A stretch of 64,000 bases of DNA, taken from NCBI GenBank assembly GCA_028023455.1, contig JAQFVV010000003.1, positions 23,870,001-23,934,000 on the forward strand, written 5' to 3'. Under the pieces are notes generated by a model. That model had not been told where the DNA came from, did not search any database, and was given only the letters and a program-made list of their open reading frames with translations. This DNA is from Epiperipatus broadwayi (Eukaryota; Animalia; Onychophora). Positions within the stretch are counted from its first letter, which is position 1, and each line of letters opens with the position of its first letter. A program made the position numbers and the translations under genes. Below, one piece after another: positions 24,496 to 38,281 of this stretch.

Positions 24496-27400
24496 TTAAA
24501 TATTAACGTCATTAGCTTTTGGTACTTCTCTTTTTTTATTTTACATAAATTGGAATAATTTAAACCTGTATTTTCAAAAGTTGCTTGTGTTTAGATTTTT
24601 ATCAGCAACAAAACATTTGTTATTAAATATTCTTAAGTGCCTCTTTAAATAGATTTCTACTTATTTTTCTCACACAAATTGACAGAAATAAAACATTTCA
24701 CTTGAGAGAAACTCCAGGAAACGGACTACAAATATCAAGCAAGATTTGTGAAATATAGACATTTTTTTTTCTATTAGCAATTCAGTTAATGGACTGGGTT
24801 GCCTCTGTAAAGATAACTACTTTAGCAGATTAGCTCCATAAGCTATTGCATGTTGTATTTAAAAAAGTTAAAATAACATACTTGTTGGAGTAGTATTTAT
24901 CAGAGATGAATCCGCCATAAGCGCAAATTGATCAGTCTTTTAGAAGTTGGCTGTAAAAGTTTTTGAAAATCAAATTAAAGCATTGGTTTAAAATTACTTT
25001 ATTATTATTATTTTATTATACTTCAAAAAATTTATTACTTCATTATTTTTAATTAATTTTTGGTTCTAATAATAATAAAAAAAGATTTAAAGAATAATCC
25101 CAATTGCTGCAATTCTAGAAATTTATTTTTAAAGTGCAGCTTACATACTTAGGTGTACTTTACATATTTAATTATTGAAATAATACAAAGTTAATTCTGA
25201 CTATAAAATGCAGAAAAATTACATAATAAAAGCCTTTCAGAAATTCTGTTATCCAGTGTAAAAACTTCAAGATGTTTTTAATTATATAATTTGTACCTAT
25301 TGTTAAAAATAATAATAATAAACAGATATGATTAATTATGTGGCTGATAATTACAATAAGATTTAAATAATTAAATTAAAAAGGTCATTGAGAAATCAGA
25401 AATTGTCATTCATCCATTGAAGTTTCTTATAAATCTCATATCAGTATAGTTAGTTATTCTTCAATTGTTATTCTTCAATATGAAGTCATTCATCTATAAA
25501 GATTTATTTGTTCATTGATCATTTCTCAACACTAGTCATTCATCTATATAGAGCCATTCAATCATTGATTCTTCTCAGTATACAGTTACTTAAATATACA
25601 GCAATTTATCTAGGGACAATCTTCAGTAAGTATCTGTAAAAATCATCTATCTATTGACTATTTTTCAATCCAGCATTATTTGCCCTCTATCACTCTTCAT
25701 TATGGATCACATATGTGTTGTAATTCTACCAATGCCATTTCTCATGATAGAATCACTTATTTATCTAGAGTTATTTGTTCACCAATATTTTTTGGTATAA
25801 ACTCATTCATTTCTGACACTCTTCAGGGTGACTCATCTGCAAAGAGTCATTTATCAAAGCTGGATATCTATATAAAGCCATGTATTCAATGGCATTCTCC
25901 AGTATAGAATCACAATACTGGTTCAAGAGATCAAATGCTGATTTACATAAAGTTTGAGCACTGGAAGTGACTTAATTAAGCTGTGTTCCATAGAGTTTAA
26001 ACTTTTGAGTCTACCATTCTATTAAGGCTCCATGCCAAACAGAATACAAAATAGACTACACTCTGTGTAAAGTCATTTTTTACCTTTATCAGGCTAAAAT
26101 CACTCATAATAAGGAAATATTCATTCTCCTGATACTCTTCTGTGTAAGCATTATATGGATAAACATTTTGTTATTGTTAGAAAGCATATTTTTAGATTTA
26201 TTACAGGAATAATAAAGCTTTATTGCTACAGCTAGCAAAAAGTCCTTTACTCTGTGCAATTTTATGCAATATTAGAGAGATAAACAAAAGAGCAAAGGTT
26301 CCTGGGTTAAATGTAGCTGAATAAAAAAACTCAATGATCTTACAGCTTAGTGCACAAATGTTATATAAAACATTCTGGTCAATTAACAGTATACTTCCCC
26401 TCCCCTGAAATTTTATATATTTTAAAAAGATGTAGTTTTATTTCCATAGAGACATGCTATGGATAGATTCAAAATAACAAACTGATACCTTCCAACTTGC
26501 AAATATGATCTATAAATGCCTAGACTCACGAATAATTCTTGATCTGTATAAAGTACAAGATGAGATATAAGTCAATATAGTTTTCAGTTCTCATGGGTCT
26601 AGTGCTATGCAAACATGTCAGATATAATATTTTGCTGTTTATTTTTGTTATTAAAATTTTTTTTTTTTATTTTGAACTGCAGCTAATAGTGAACAAGTAC
26701 ATGAAGAAAAAATTGGCATAAGATTAAAATTGATTTTACAGAAAAATTATGAGAAATAGATTTTATTTCATAATTGAAAAACATCTGTATGCAGTTAGCT
26801 ATAACTTTAGGTTTCTGATGAAAAAATGATTCAATCATAATGGAATCTTAATATATAAATAAAATACCATATACATATTACAAAAAACTTTTAAATATAA
26901 TTTTATATAATAGAATTTATTTCTCCATGCTTACAGTTTCAACTATCCAGCAGTCATCTCAGAGAACGACAATATTTAAATATATATATAGCCATACAAT
27001 TAATACTTGATCTATGCATATATTGAAAAGTGTTTATGTAAGGTGTAAATGGTATTTTATTTATATATATAAATCAATGCAGAATAGAATAAGTGGAAAG
27101 AAATTATAATAAGCCATAATATATTTGATATTTTAAATGGAAATTTTGCTGAAACGGTCATTGTAGAAATTTGTGATCTGCATGACCTTTTTATATACTA
27201 AAAATGCATATAATCTCAAAACCTTTAGTCATCAGTTATTGGAATCTTAAGGTAGTGATCTTTTTAATATATGAACAGAGCTTATATCATTGGAATCTAA
27301 GATAATTAAAAAGTAATTAAAGAAAGCAAATGGTATAAGTGCTTTCCCCCTCTTTTATATATGTTTGCAGTCATAATGGCTTTAGCCATTGTTAATGGCT

Positions 27401-29626
27401 TAAATTCGAGGCCCTGAATGTTTTTTTTGTCTTAATACATGAGCAGAGCATAGGTTATCTAAAGGCAATACAACCACTAACAAAAGGTTAATAAAAATAG
27501 TTAAAAAAAGCATGATAGAAGTGCCCCTACCCCCTTCTCTCTTTCTCTGTACATGCATACATTTGCAATCATAATAGTTTTATTTTGTATTGAAATGTTT
27601 AGCAGAATCAAGAATACCATGACTGTAGTATTGAGGATTCTGACCTTGATCAGTTAATAAATATATGCTATGAAACATTATTTATTTATTTTTTTACTTT
27701 TATTAGCAGTGATTTTGAAGGGTGCTTTACTTATTTTAGTTCCAAACATTTTAGATGCAATTGTTAGGAAGTAAGAGTACATATTCATGTCTGTATTAAG
27801 AAAGAATTGTTTAAAATTTTTCATAATGAATTGAATAATTTTTGGAATTTAAAGAAGTATTAACAATTATGATATTTTATTTAATAATTAAACTTTTTTG
27901 TATTGGTTATAGTTTAGGCTTATATGCAAAGCATGCATTATTGTTGTGATACGTGTATGTATATAATAAATATGTTATATACTGTAATGTTCAGACTGAC
28001 ATGTCTAAATAGTTTAATTTTATATTAATTGATTAGAACACTATCTGTCATTAAACATCAAGAAATAGACCGGCAAATATATACAATATTTTTTTTACAT
28101 ATATTAATAAGCTTTGAAAAATATATTTTTTAATATAATGATGATAACCACTACTCAGCTCTCATTTGCAATATCTAGCTAGATCATGTACAACATAAGT
28201 TATTTTCAACGAAACAGACATGGATAAATATGCAAACCAGACAATATTACATACAAAGATATTAATACTATTTAAACCAATAAAAAACAATAGTTAATTA
28301 CAAAATATTTAAATTGTCAGACTAATATAATTTTTTTTTTCCCAATAAAATCATTTCTTCACTCACTTTTTTGTCTTTTTTTTTTTAATTCACAAGCAAG
28401 GTGAAAAACAATAGCTATTTTTAAAGTGTCCAAGGTTTAGTTTGATTAATTTAAAAATGTTCATCTTTCTGTTAAATCTTATTATAATACAACATTTTTT
28501 ATGATCAAGCACAACTGCGAAGAGTAAATCTTTGGCCTCTAATACACTCTGGATTACTATGTATGTTCCACCCTCACCAATACAATATTTTTTTTTTATG
28601 TCAGAAGTTTCACAGGATAGTCACACATATATATCTAATATGGTATAATTACTACTAATATACCTTTCTTACAATGATAATTCTCATGTGTGACCACTTT
28701 AGATTCAAATCCCAATTTAAGAATAATACAAATTAATTATATGGGGTGGTTATTTCAATCTGACTTCAATTTACAAGTAATATTCCTTAATTAACTGTGG
28801 GAATCCGTTGACTCAGATCCTCAAGTTTACTAAACAAAAATGTGATTAAATCCACCATATAGATATAATCTATAATAAACGATTTATCAGTAATCTAATA
28901 ATTGCATGTACATAATTAATTTGAACATAACATCAAATGTAATTCACAGTAATTAATATAAGTGTACATATATGTACAAATGGACTTAATGGAATTGCAA
29001 AATAAACCTTTAAAATACCATTAATTATATTATAGACATATTTCTTCTTTTTTCACTTGTACACTAAAGTAAATATTAGATCCCTGATTATTTATCTGAC
29101 AATTTCATATTAAAGACAACTTTTTTAAAAAAATGTTAACAAATCTTAACATAGATATAGTAAATACAAGATGAAGTGATTTTCTTTTATATATATCTTT
29201 TTTTTAAAAACTTAAGTTGCTTTAAAACTCAACTAAATTTTAAAAAAAAATGTTTTTGTTCACTTCTTACTTTAATCAATCAATAAATAATATTAAATAT
29301 AGTTTGTTAGAATTAAATATATACTAAAATGAAACTTAAAAATGGTTAATACATTAAAAATAATTGTCTAAACATTTTTTTAAAACTTACAAAGCAAAAG
29401 TTTTGCAGCCAAAATTGGATTTCTTCTATGATGGCAAATATTGATTGATTCCATTTGTAAGTTGCCATAATATCCTTTAATAATTTCTTGTCTTTGAAAT
29501 TTGAAGTTTAAGCATTGATTCTTCATTTTAATTAGAGATTCATTTGAAAAATAAGCATAGTCAGGTTCCAAAAATCCTGGGTAATTTCAGCAGTCAGCAG
29601 TTTTTCCTTTTTTCTACTTAGTCCTC

Positions 29627-30211
29627 TGTTGTGTTTGGTCTGAATTGCAGATTCAAACTGACAATTATAAAAAAATATAAACACTCAAAGTTTAATTAGT
29701 ATAATTTATTAATAATAAATATATTTACATAATATAAATCAATACTAGGTTGGTCATGCACGAATGACTGGACTCACTTTCAGCTGTATGTAATAGCTTG
29801 CCTCATGAGTTTTAGTCAAGACTCTTCCAGCTGTAATAGAAACTTGCCTCAAGTTGGCCATAGTCTTTGCAGCTTCCAGTCCTGTCATGGACTTGCCTCA
29901 TTTCAGTAGACTTATAGCATAATGACTATAATAAAAACATTCACTGTTAGCAGTGGTTTCACATGAGAGTGTGTTCAGTCATTTTGGTCTTTTCTTATAT
30001 TAAAAAAGATTGCGTGTTTATTACCAGATCCCCCAACCTTACTGGAAGCCATCGGATTCTGAGAGCATCACTGCCTATTGGACAATACTAATGATTGACT
30101 TTATTTTATGTATCTGTTTACACATTGGTTAGCAACAGTGAATGCTCAATCCAATCAGATAAGGAAGGAATACGGGAAAATCCACTTCTGTTGACAAGGT
30201 GAGATATGACA
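29627..30211 (-). repeat. Gypsy 3' LTR with adjacent polypurine tract
   Basis: TG(ttgtg)...(atatga)CA termini; ccctcccc at 30212-30219 is the PPT GGGGAGGG on the minus strand. Confidence 0.85.
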
Positions 30212-33200
30212 CCCTCCCCAGCTAAAATTTATCTCTGGAGAAAGTAATCATACAGATGAACTGGATGACATATTGTCTGCTTTGTTGGTTTCTTAGGTTC
30301 ATTACTGTTCTTGTCTTGTTCACCATCATCCTTGCTTGATGTTCTTGTCCCTGTATTTTCATCTGGGTTGTTGCTATCTTCAGTTTGGTGATCATCATCT
30401 TTGCTTGATGTACTTATCCTGGATGTTCATTTGTTTTGCTGTGGTCTTCAATTTCTGTATGATTCAGTTTCAGTTGGTTTAGGTGGTGATAATGTTTATA
30501 TTCATTAGCTGTTTGAACTACTACTGTGCAGAGTCCTTTCAGTGTAACCACCACTGGGATCCATTTTGTGAATCCATTGTATATTCTGCATACTACCTGA
30601 GTGCCTATTTGTACTTTTTATACTGTTATTTTCTTTTTTTTCTTATTTGGAATTAGGTTTCAGTGCTGACAGATTGTTTTTCAAATGTGTCTTTTTGCTG
30701 GAGTTTTTTCAATTGCTATATTTGGTGTGGAGTGCTGCTCTAGCAGTGTTCTGGCAATCTGGTGTACTTGCTCCTTTATCCATTTTTGTTATCAACTTTT
30801 TTGGCTATTGAACTAGTCTGTCTGCCTGCTATTGCTTTCTGAATCAAATGTTGGACTGTATAATAGCTCAATGCTATTATTGGAACAAAAGTTTTTGAAT
30901 GCAACTGCTGTAAATGCTGCCTATAATCTGATACTATTGTTTTAGATAGGCCATGTGTTGAAAATAACCTCTTAAAAACTTCTGTTGTTGCAATGTACTG
31001 AAGTGATGGGACTTCCATCACCTTCAGCCACTTGTAGTATGAGTCAACTACTATCAGCAGCAGTTTGCCTTTTCATGGGCCTGCATAATCCACATGGAGT
31101 CTAGACCAAGGCCCTTCAGGTTTAGGCCACTGAACTGTTTTGTCTTTTGCTAGAATGTTTTGATTAATTTTGCATTTGTGGTCTTTTGCCTCAATATCAG
31201 TATTTAAAGTAGGCCCCATGCATACAATCTTGCCAGCATCTTTGTTCAGTCTATCCCTGGATGCCCATTATATAACAAACTAAACTAAGCACATGGGAAT
31301 GTCCAGCTGGAAGACTCATAATTCTGGAACCCCAAATAATGCAACTAAGTTCAGTTGAGAAGTTCAGACTTTGTGTCCAGTAGGCTGAATACGACTGGTT
31401 TTTTATTTGGCCAGTTCGGTTGGATCCATTTTGGTGTCTTTTGGAATCTAAGGTCATTAGTGGTTGATGCAGATACTGTCTTACTGTTCAGCAGTGTATT
31501 TAATTTCATTTATGTTAATTGATTGACTTAATGTTGTTAGATTTTTTGCAACCTCTGCATTAACATGGGAAATATTTTTTCCCTCAAAGTATTGCAGTGT
31601 AAAATTATAGCCTGACAAAAAATTGAACCGTGACAGCTTTCATGGTGAGGCATGCTGAGAAATTCCCTTGTCAGATGCAAATATTCCCAATAGAGGTCTA
31701 TGATCTGTTTGTATGATGAACAATCTACCATATAGGTAGTCATGAAATTTTTTAATCCATTGATCAAAGCAAGGACCTCTCTATCAATTTGAGCATAGTT
31801 TTTCTCAGCCTTACACTTTGATGCAAATGCAATAGGGCGGTGTATCCCATCATTATTCCATTGGGACAACATTTCCCCTGTTCCAAGTGGTGATGCATCA
31901 CATTAATACTAGCACTTTTTCTGGGTCAAAATGTGCCAACACTACTGTTTCTGGTATTAGACATTTTCATCATATTGAAGGCTTTAGCATGCTTATGGTC
32001 CACTTCTAGACTGTATTTTTGTCCAGCAGCCTGTATAGTGGTTCAGCACCCTCAATTTTATGATATAAAAACCCTTCATAATAATTTACAAGTCCTAAGA
32101 AGGATTGAAGTTTCTTTCTTATTTTCAAGTATTTTGGCTCTTTTAATTGCCATAACTTTCTTTGAGTTGGATGAATGCCATTTGCATCTATCCTATATCC
32201 AAGAAACTAGTCCATTTGCTTCAAATATATGCTTATCCAAATTTATTTTAATACCAGAGACTTTGAATTTGTCTAATAATTTTTAGGTGGCACTCCAGAG
32301 ATGATATGGTGTTTGTGCCACTAATAAGAAATCATCAAAATATGGTAGAGTGCCTGATATTCCAGCAGTCAGTTGAGCCATGATTCTCTGGAATGCTACT
32401 GGGATGACTGTTATACCAAAAGGCAACCAGTTAATTTTAATAAAACTTTATGGGCTATTATTGATAATGCTCTTGCAGCCTGATCATCCACAGGTAACTG
32501 TTAGTATGCATATTTTAAATCAATCTTTATAAAATCCCTACCACCTGACAGTATGGATAGGATTTGTTTAACTGATGGTGGTGGGTAATTATCCAGAACC
32601 AGAGCTTTGTTAATTTTGCATCAGTAATCCCACATATATGCACATCACAGTTTTCTATGATGATTTGTACTATTGGGGTGGCCCATTCTGAGTATAACAT
32701 GGGCTCTATAACCCCTGCTGCCTCCCACTTTTTGAGCTCTGCTTCCACTTTAGTTCTCAAGGCCAGTGGAAGTGATATATACTGACAACTAATAGGTTTT
32801 GCCTCTATTTAGTGGTAAGTGGATCGGTTGTCCTGAGTACAGATATCTTTATTGAATACATCTGAATAATCAGATTTTAAATTGTTTAATGTTGTAACCT
32901 GGTTCACCTTTGTCACTGCAAAGACTAAGTGACTGAACCAGTCACAGCTTAATAGGTTACTATGATCAACTGATACCACCACCATTGGTAGGTATATAGT
33001 CTTGTTAGTCATGGTAATTTTAATTGTTGTTTGACCCATCAGTTTTATTTTATTGCCCTGACAGTCTGTGATCGACTTACTGCTAGGATGCAGTTTATGT
33101 TTATTCTTATTAATGATAACCCAGGACTTTTTTTGAAATAAAGGACACTGCAGACCTTGTGTCCAGTTCCATTGCAATTGTCATATCATTAATCATAATC

Positions 33201-33586
33201 CCATATTTAAGTTCAGACTGTCTTTTATATGATTTGTAAAAGTAATTTGTTTACTTTTCTTATAATTGCCTTTGCTGTTTTTCAGAATGGGTTTTTCCAT
33301 TCTCATATCAGCCATCTGTCTTTTCAATTTCAAATTATATATCTGACTTGCTTGCAAAATGTACATGTAGTATAGTGGTATGGGCATTGTATATGTGTGC
33401 ATTTGTTCATTGCATCTATAGCAATGCTTTATACCCATTGTTGCTGCATTGTATGTGTGTGCATTTGTTCATTGCACCTATAGCAATGCTTTATATCCAT
33501 TGTTGCTGAATTATCTGAGCTGACTGAGGGTCTGACCAACCCAGTGTTTTGCTTGACTTTTTGCACATCACAATTTTTTTTTTTTT

Positions 33587-34125
33587 AAAATAGGCAAAAC
33601 TCTTCATACAGTAATGCCAAGTCAGAGTAGTCAATGGATGAAAGAAGGTTTGTGCATAAAATCCCTATCTAGTGCCTTCTTATCCAATATCCCATCTAGT
33701 TTCAAGCTTGTGGTTTTCATTAGTGACGAGCATTGGATCTGAGAGGTCTGCACCTAGATCTTAGAATGCAATCCCCCCCCCCCAGCAGCTACCTTTTACC
33801 TATTTAGTTAATTACAAAACTAGGAGTCAAAATTGAAAACACAATAATATTTTTAATCCAAGCTTACTAGCTTATATAATCATATAGATCTTGAACTCAG
33901 TTCAGTACCCATACATTTTGGTGTCTTTAGTGCTTTAAGAACCATAGCCACCTCTATCCTATTAGGCAAATCCACAAGCTAGAAACTAGTCTTTGGATAT
34001 TGGATGAGTAAGCACTAGAAAAGGATTTTATGCACAAACCTTCTTGCATCCATTGATAATTGTGGCTTGCATTGAGTGGCACTACTGTATGGACAGTTTT
34101 GCCTGTTTTAACAGCTTGAGCAACA
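33587..34125. mobile_element. HHR family C insertion with inverted arms inside Gypsy gag
   Basis: 33587-33772 (minus) and ~33960-34115 (plus) are inverted homologues. Minus-strand HHR at 33738-33682: ATCCAAT..GTCA CTAATGA AAAC CACAA GCTT GAA ACTAG..ATTGGAT. The plus copy keeps GAA ACTAGT C at 33982-33991. Confidence 0.75.
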
Positions 34126-35027
34126 CAAGAAATAGCGACCATGTAATAATATTTTTAATGGCTTTACTTGATTAGTTGTTGATTCTGCTAGTATTGCTTG
34201 GGCCAAAGCTGATTCAAAATCTACATCTGGCATCATTAATAATTTTAGTCTTAAGTTGTGATCGTTTATTCCGCAAATAAAATGATTACGATGAAATGGT
34301 TCATTCAGGAAATTGCACTTTAATGCCAATGTTCAGATTTTTGTTGTGAACTCTCTGATTTTTTCCTCCTGCTCTTGGAGGCAGGGATTGAAAATAATAT
34401 CTCTGCATTATTGTCAGAGGTTTTGGAGAAAAATAATCTGAAAATTGCTAATGTTTTACAAAATCTATGTGAGCTGGCATTTTTGATGTAGATTGAGACT
34501 TTAGGATCTCGTAAGTTTGAAGACCTACTATGGGCATTAATGTGGCTAATTTTATCTCAGGATTCATGATCTGTTTAGGCTGTAGATAAAAATATTAATA
34601 GCTTTTTATAATTTGACCATCCTTCAGGTGGCTGGATAACAAGCTTTCATTGAGCCAACAAAATTTGCCATTATTTTATTTTCCTCTTTAACTCGTAAAA
34701 AAAATAACTATGAGTTACCACTCATTTGTTAATTTTACAACTATAGTTTGTAACTGTTCAAAAATCGGTAGTGACAAAGCTAACAATCCACTAGGTGAGC
34801 TCCTGTCACTTTGTTATGAGTAAAGCTCTCGTGATTTGTTAAGCCTTCAATTGACATGCCTATGACAATTGCGGTCAATTTTTCTTTCAGATCCGTTGAA
34901 TGTGTTTTTTATTCTAGCAGATCTAAGTGATTTTAATAATCACTTCATTGTGACGAATGTCTTTAGCCACACTCTCATATTTACTTTATTTTTCCAGTCA
35001 TGGGAAAAAATATTCATTTTGTCCAAC

Positions 35028-35788
35028 TGCGTTGTGTTTGGTCTGAATTGCAGACTCAAACAAACATTTATAGAAAATATAAACAATCAAAGTTTAATTA
35101 GTATAATTTATTGGTAATAAATATATTTACTAAATACACAATCATGGGAAAAAATATTTATTTTGTCCAACTGCGTTGTGTTTGGTCTGAATTGCAGACT
35201 CAAACCAACATTTATAATCAAAGTTTAATTAGTATAATTTATTGGTAATAAATATATTTACTAAATACACAATCAATAAGCACAGTACTACATATATAAA
35301 TTTAGTTAAGGCTGGGCTAGTTGCCCGAATGACTGGACTTACTGCTAACTGTATGCAATAGCTTGCCTCATGCATTTTAGTCAAGACTCTTCTGCTGTCA
35401 TAGACAGCTTGCCTCAGGTCAGCTCTAGTTTTCATAGCTTCCATACTATTGTGATCTTGCCTCATTGTGGTAGATTTATAGCATAATAACTATAATAGAA
35501 ACGTTCACTGTTAGCAGTGCTTTCACTTGAAAGCATGTACTGTATAATCATTTAGGTTAGACAGACATTCTCCCCTTATATATAAAAAAAGGCTGACTAT
35601 TTATTAATAGATCCCTAACCCTACTGGCATCCATCAGATTCTGAGAGCATCACTGCTGTAGGGCAATACTAACCATTGGCAAGGTTTTACATATCTGTTT
35701 AAACATTAGTTAGTGGCAGTGAATGCTCAATTCAATCAGTTAAGGAAGGAATCTAGGCAAGTCCACCTCTGACAGCAAGGCATCATCA
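35028..35788 (-). repeat. Gypsy 5' LTR (diverged; ~144-bp duplication across its inner boundary)
   Basis: Colinear with 29627-30211 but with many differences. tcatgggaaaaaatatt...gttgtgtttggtctgaattgcagactc occurs at 34998 and 35142. Confidence 0.75.
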
Positions 35789-36115
35789 TAATGAAGGTTC
35801 AGTGTAGCTTGAATAAAGTGAGAATCCAGATTGACCGCTTTTAAAAAAAACTGACCATATAAAGAGGTTTTGATGTTATGTTGCAACACCTTTGGATCTT
35901 GTTTTGTTGCATCTTCAATCTTTTTTTTAACACCTTAATATCTTATTTTTGACACATTTGTAACCTGGTTTTAATTTAATTACAAGAATTTTAAAATCAT
36001 TTTATTTAATTGATTGTACTTGCAAAATACTGTAATTATGAAATTGTCTTGTTTTCAAATCTCAAATCAAAACAGGCTTAATCTTTTTTTAAATGTATTT
36101 TAAATTTAATTATTT

Positions 36116-37693
36116 TGTAACGGGTGTACTCGTTTACCGTATACTTATTAGTTCTTATCATAAAAAAAAAATATCTATATTTCCCCTTTTTCCTTTTAAG
36201 CAAAAAAAATATTGATAAGAAATTTCGTATTTCTCTCACAGCATATTTATGGACGTCAATCATTGACTCCAAGCGCCAAACTTACTTTTTACATAAGTAT
36301 TATGCTGGAAGAGAAAAATACGATAGTAATAGGGCCTCTCCACTAGCTCAGTACTCAGGGCGGGTGGCCAATAAACCGTAGGAAAATGTACGGGGGAACT
36401 CTATGCAACCAACAGCGACACTCGGATCAATTGTTAAATTCATAAACTATATTCTATGAGACAAATAATAAAACATACACATGTAATATAAGCCTTAAAA
36501 TAACACATATTTTTATTATAATATTTTTTTTCTACTTTTAAGAAAATATATTTCCCATACCCTTTTAACGTTTACATAACCCAATAAAACCTACATATGT
36601 ATTTGCGTGGATTTACAACAGAACAAGAAAACGAACGTATACACAGATAAAAATCTAATCAGCTGTATTTGAAGGGCCTTATCATTAAAAAAAAATATAT
36701 AAGTTTCTTGCCTTCGTTCGTTATCCTTGAGGGTTTCAGAAAACGTGGTATTTTGGAAATAAAATATCTTAAGTTCATATTACCTGCAATTTTTGTCCGA
36801 TGTGATCCCGGGGATATCAAAATAAGAAGAAAAACACATGAAATCCGAAGCAAAACGTACGAGACAGTTCATCACACTTCAGTTCATTCCGAGTCGGATC
36901 GATTCCCTTGCGAAAAGTTGATAGATCTCCGGTAGATGTTCTCCGGTCACTGCCGCATGGATTCTTTGGGGTAAGGTCCAGAAAACCCAGCACGCTTAAG
37001 CTTTTACCCCACCGTACTCATGTTCGGCCGTAGCCTTAGTTACTCTTCTTAAAAATATATATATAAAAAAATTGAATATATTTTTATTTATTTTTTTCTT
37101 TCCTCTTTGAAAACCAAAATAAAAGTGACACTAGTTTAAAAAAAAAAACTACCTCTCCACTCTCCCTGTCACTTTTTTGTTTTCTTTTGTTTTCGCAAAC
37201 ACAGTCCGTCCCCTTTCTTCCCCACCACGTGGTATAGATGGCCAGTTAAGCTAATAAGCAAAAAGAACTTTTCGCACCTTCGGACATTTTGGTAATTAAC
37301 ATTCCGGAAACCTTTTTCTCGAACCTTCTTTTTTTATTTTTTTCCCTTCATTCCAATTCCCCAGATAAGACCTTCGATGTTTAATATATCTCTTTTTTTT
37401 TTTTTACAATAATCTCTTATCTTGGATCCAAAAATGTATTCATACGTTCGTTTCTAAAATTGTCTATCCACACCGCAAACACATACATATACCACTTTTA
37501 CAAAAATAAAACGCAAATTTCCCCCCCACTCCCTCTTTTCTTACTTTAATAAAATTTTAAACATTTTCTCCCACTACAAAAATAAATACTAAAACGAAAT
37601 AAAATCAAATTATATGAAAACTAATTTTAAACTATATAACATATGTGTGCGCCTTTCTACATTGTAACTAGGGTTTAAACCCGACTGTTTACA
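36116..37693. mobile_element. Young solo LTR (1578 bp), probably Gypsy-type
   Basis: Starts TGTAAC, ends GTTTACA; 4-bp TSD attt at 36112-36115 and 37694-37697; CpG-rich (about 50 by manual count); no coding signature. Confidence 0.7.
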
Positions 37694-37895
37694 ATTTAAA
37701 ATCTATTTTTTTGAATGAATTGTCTTGCAATACATTTGTTACATTCAAAATAAGAGTCATAGATCACATGACCCAAATTTCTTAAGCTTGTAAGATATAA
37801 ACAATGAGCATTGTCAATTGCTCAACAAGCTTTATGATAAATGCTTAGCCAGAAAAAGCATTTAAAATATCTCTGTCAGGAACCCCCCTTCCCAA

Positions 37896-37936
37896 CCTCT
37901 GACCATGGTTTCATGCTTTGGAACTCCTCAGAGAGG
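37896..37936 (-). ncRNA. Hammerhead ribozyme in the inverted arm
   Basis: Minus strand CCTCT-CTGAGGA-GTTC CAAA GCAT-GAA-ACCATGGT-C-AGAGG; one stem II mismatch. Confidence 0.8.
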
Positions 37937-38240
37937 TGCTAGGGTAGCTTCAGACACTAGATCTAAAAATACCAACCCAAAGCCAGCATTTATCTAAAAG
38001 TTATCTATTGAGTGGAAAATCTGAAATCTGCCTTAAGTCTTATTAGATGTTATATTGCTAGACCATATATGGTACGGCTGAAGATCTTTCAGCCCCATAA
38101 AGCTATTTGAGTTGGATCACTGGGTTTGAAGACATGTAAGTGCCTGAAAATTTCAGATTTTCCACTCAATAGACAACTTTAAGACAAATGCTGGCTTTGG
38201 GTTGGTATTTTTAGATCTAGTGTCTGAAGCTATCCTAGTG

Positions 38241-38281
38241 CCTCTCTGAGGAGTGCCAAAGCATGAAACCATGGTCAGAGG
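38241..38281 (+). ncRNA. Minimal type I hammerhead ribozyme, intact
   Basis: CCTCT-CTGAGGA-GTGC CAAA GCAT-GAA-ACCATGGT-C-AGAGG. Canonical core, GUC cleavage after 38276, perfect palindromic stem III. Confidence 0.88.

Larger units (their letters stand above)
29627..35788 (-). mobile_element. Decayed Ty3/Gypsy LTR retrotransposon (K02A2.6/Mag-like gag-pol)
   Basis: Gag ATG near 34657 (MANFVG...; HRNHFICGINDHNLRLKLL); CCHC knuckle; protease LDT (~33158-33166); RT EWATPIV, LPFGI and YFDD (32331-32342); RNase H DAS...IAFAS...NYAQIDRE; integrase WSRLHVDYAGP and FSTHGL..IVSD; homologous LTRs on both sides. Confidence 0.92.

Noticed and set aside
25800-25850. CTGAAGA...GAAA on minus strand
   Set aside because: No stem II or III can form.
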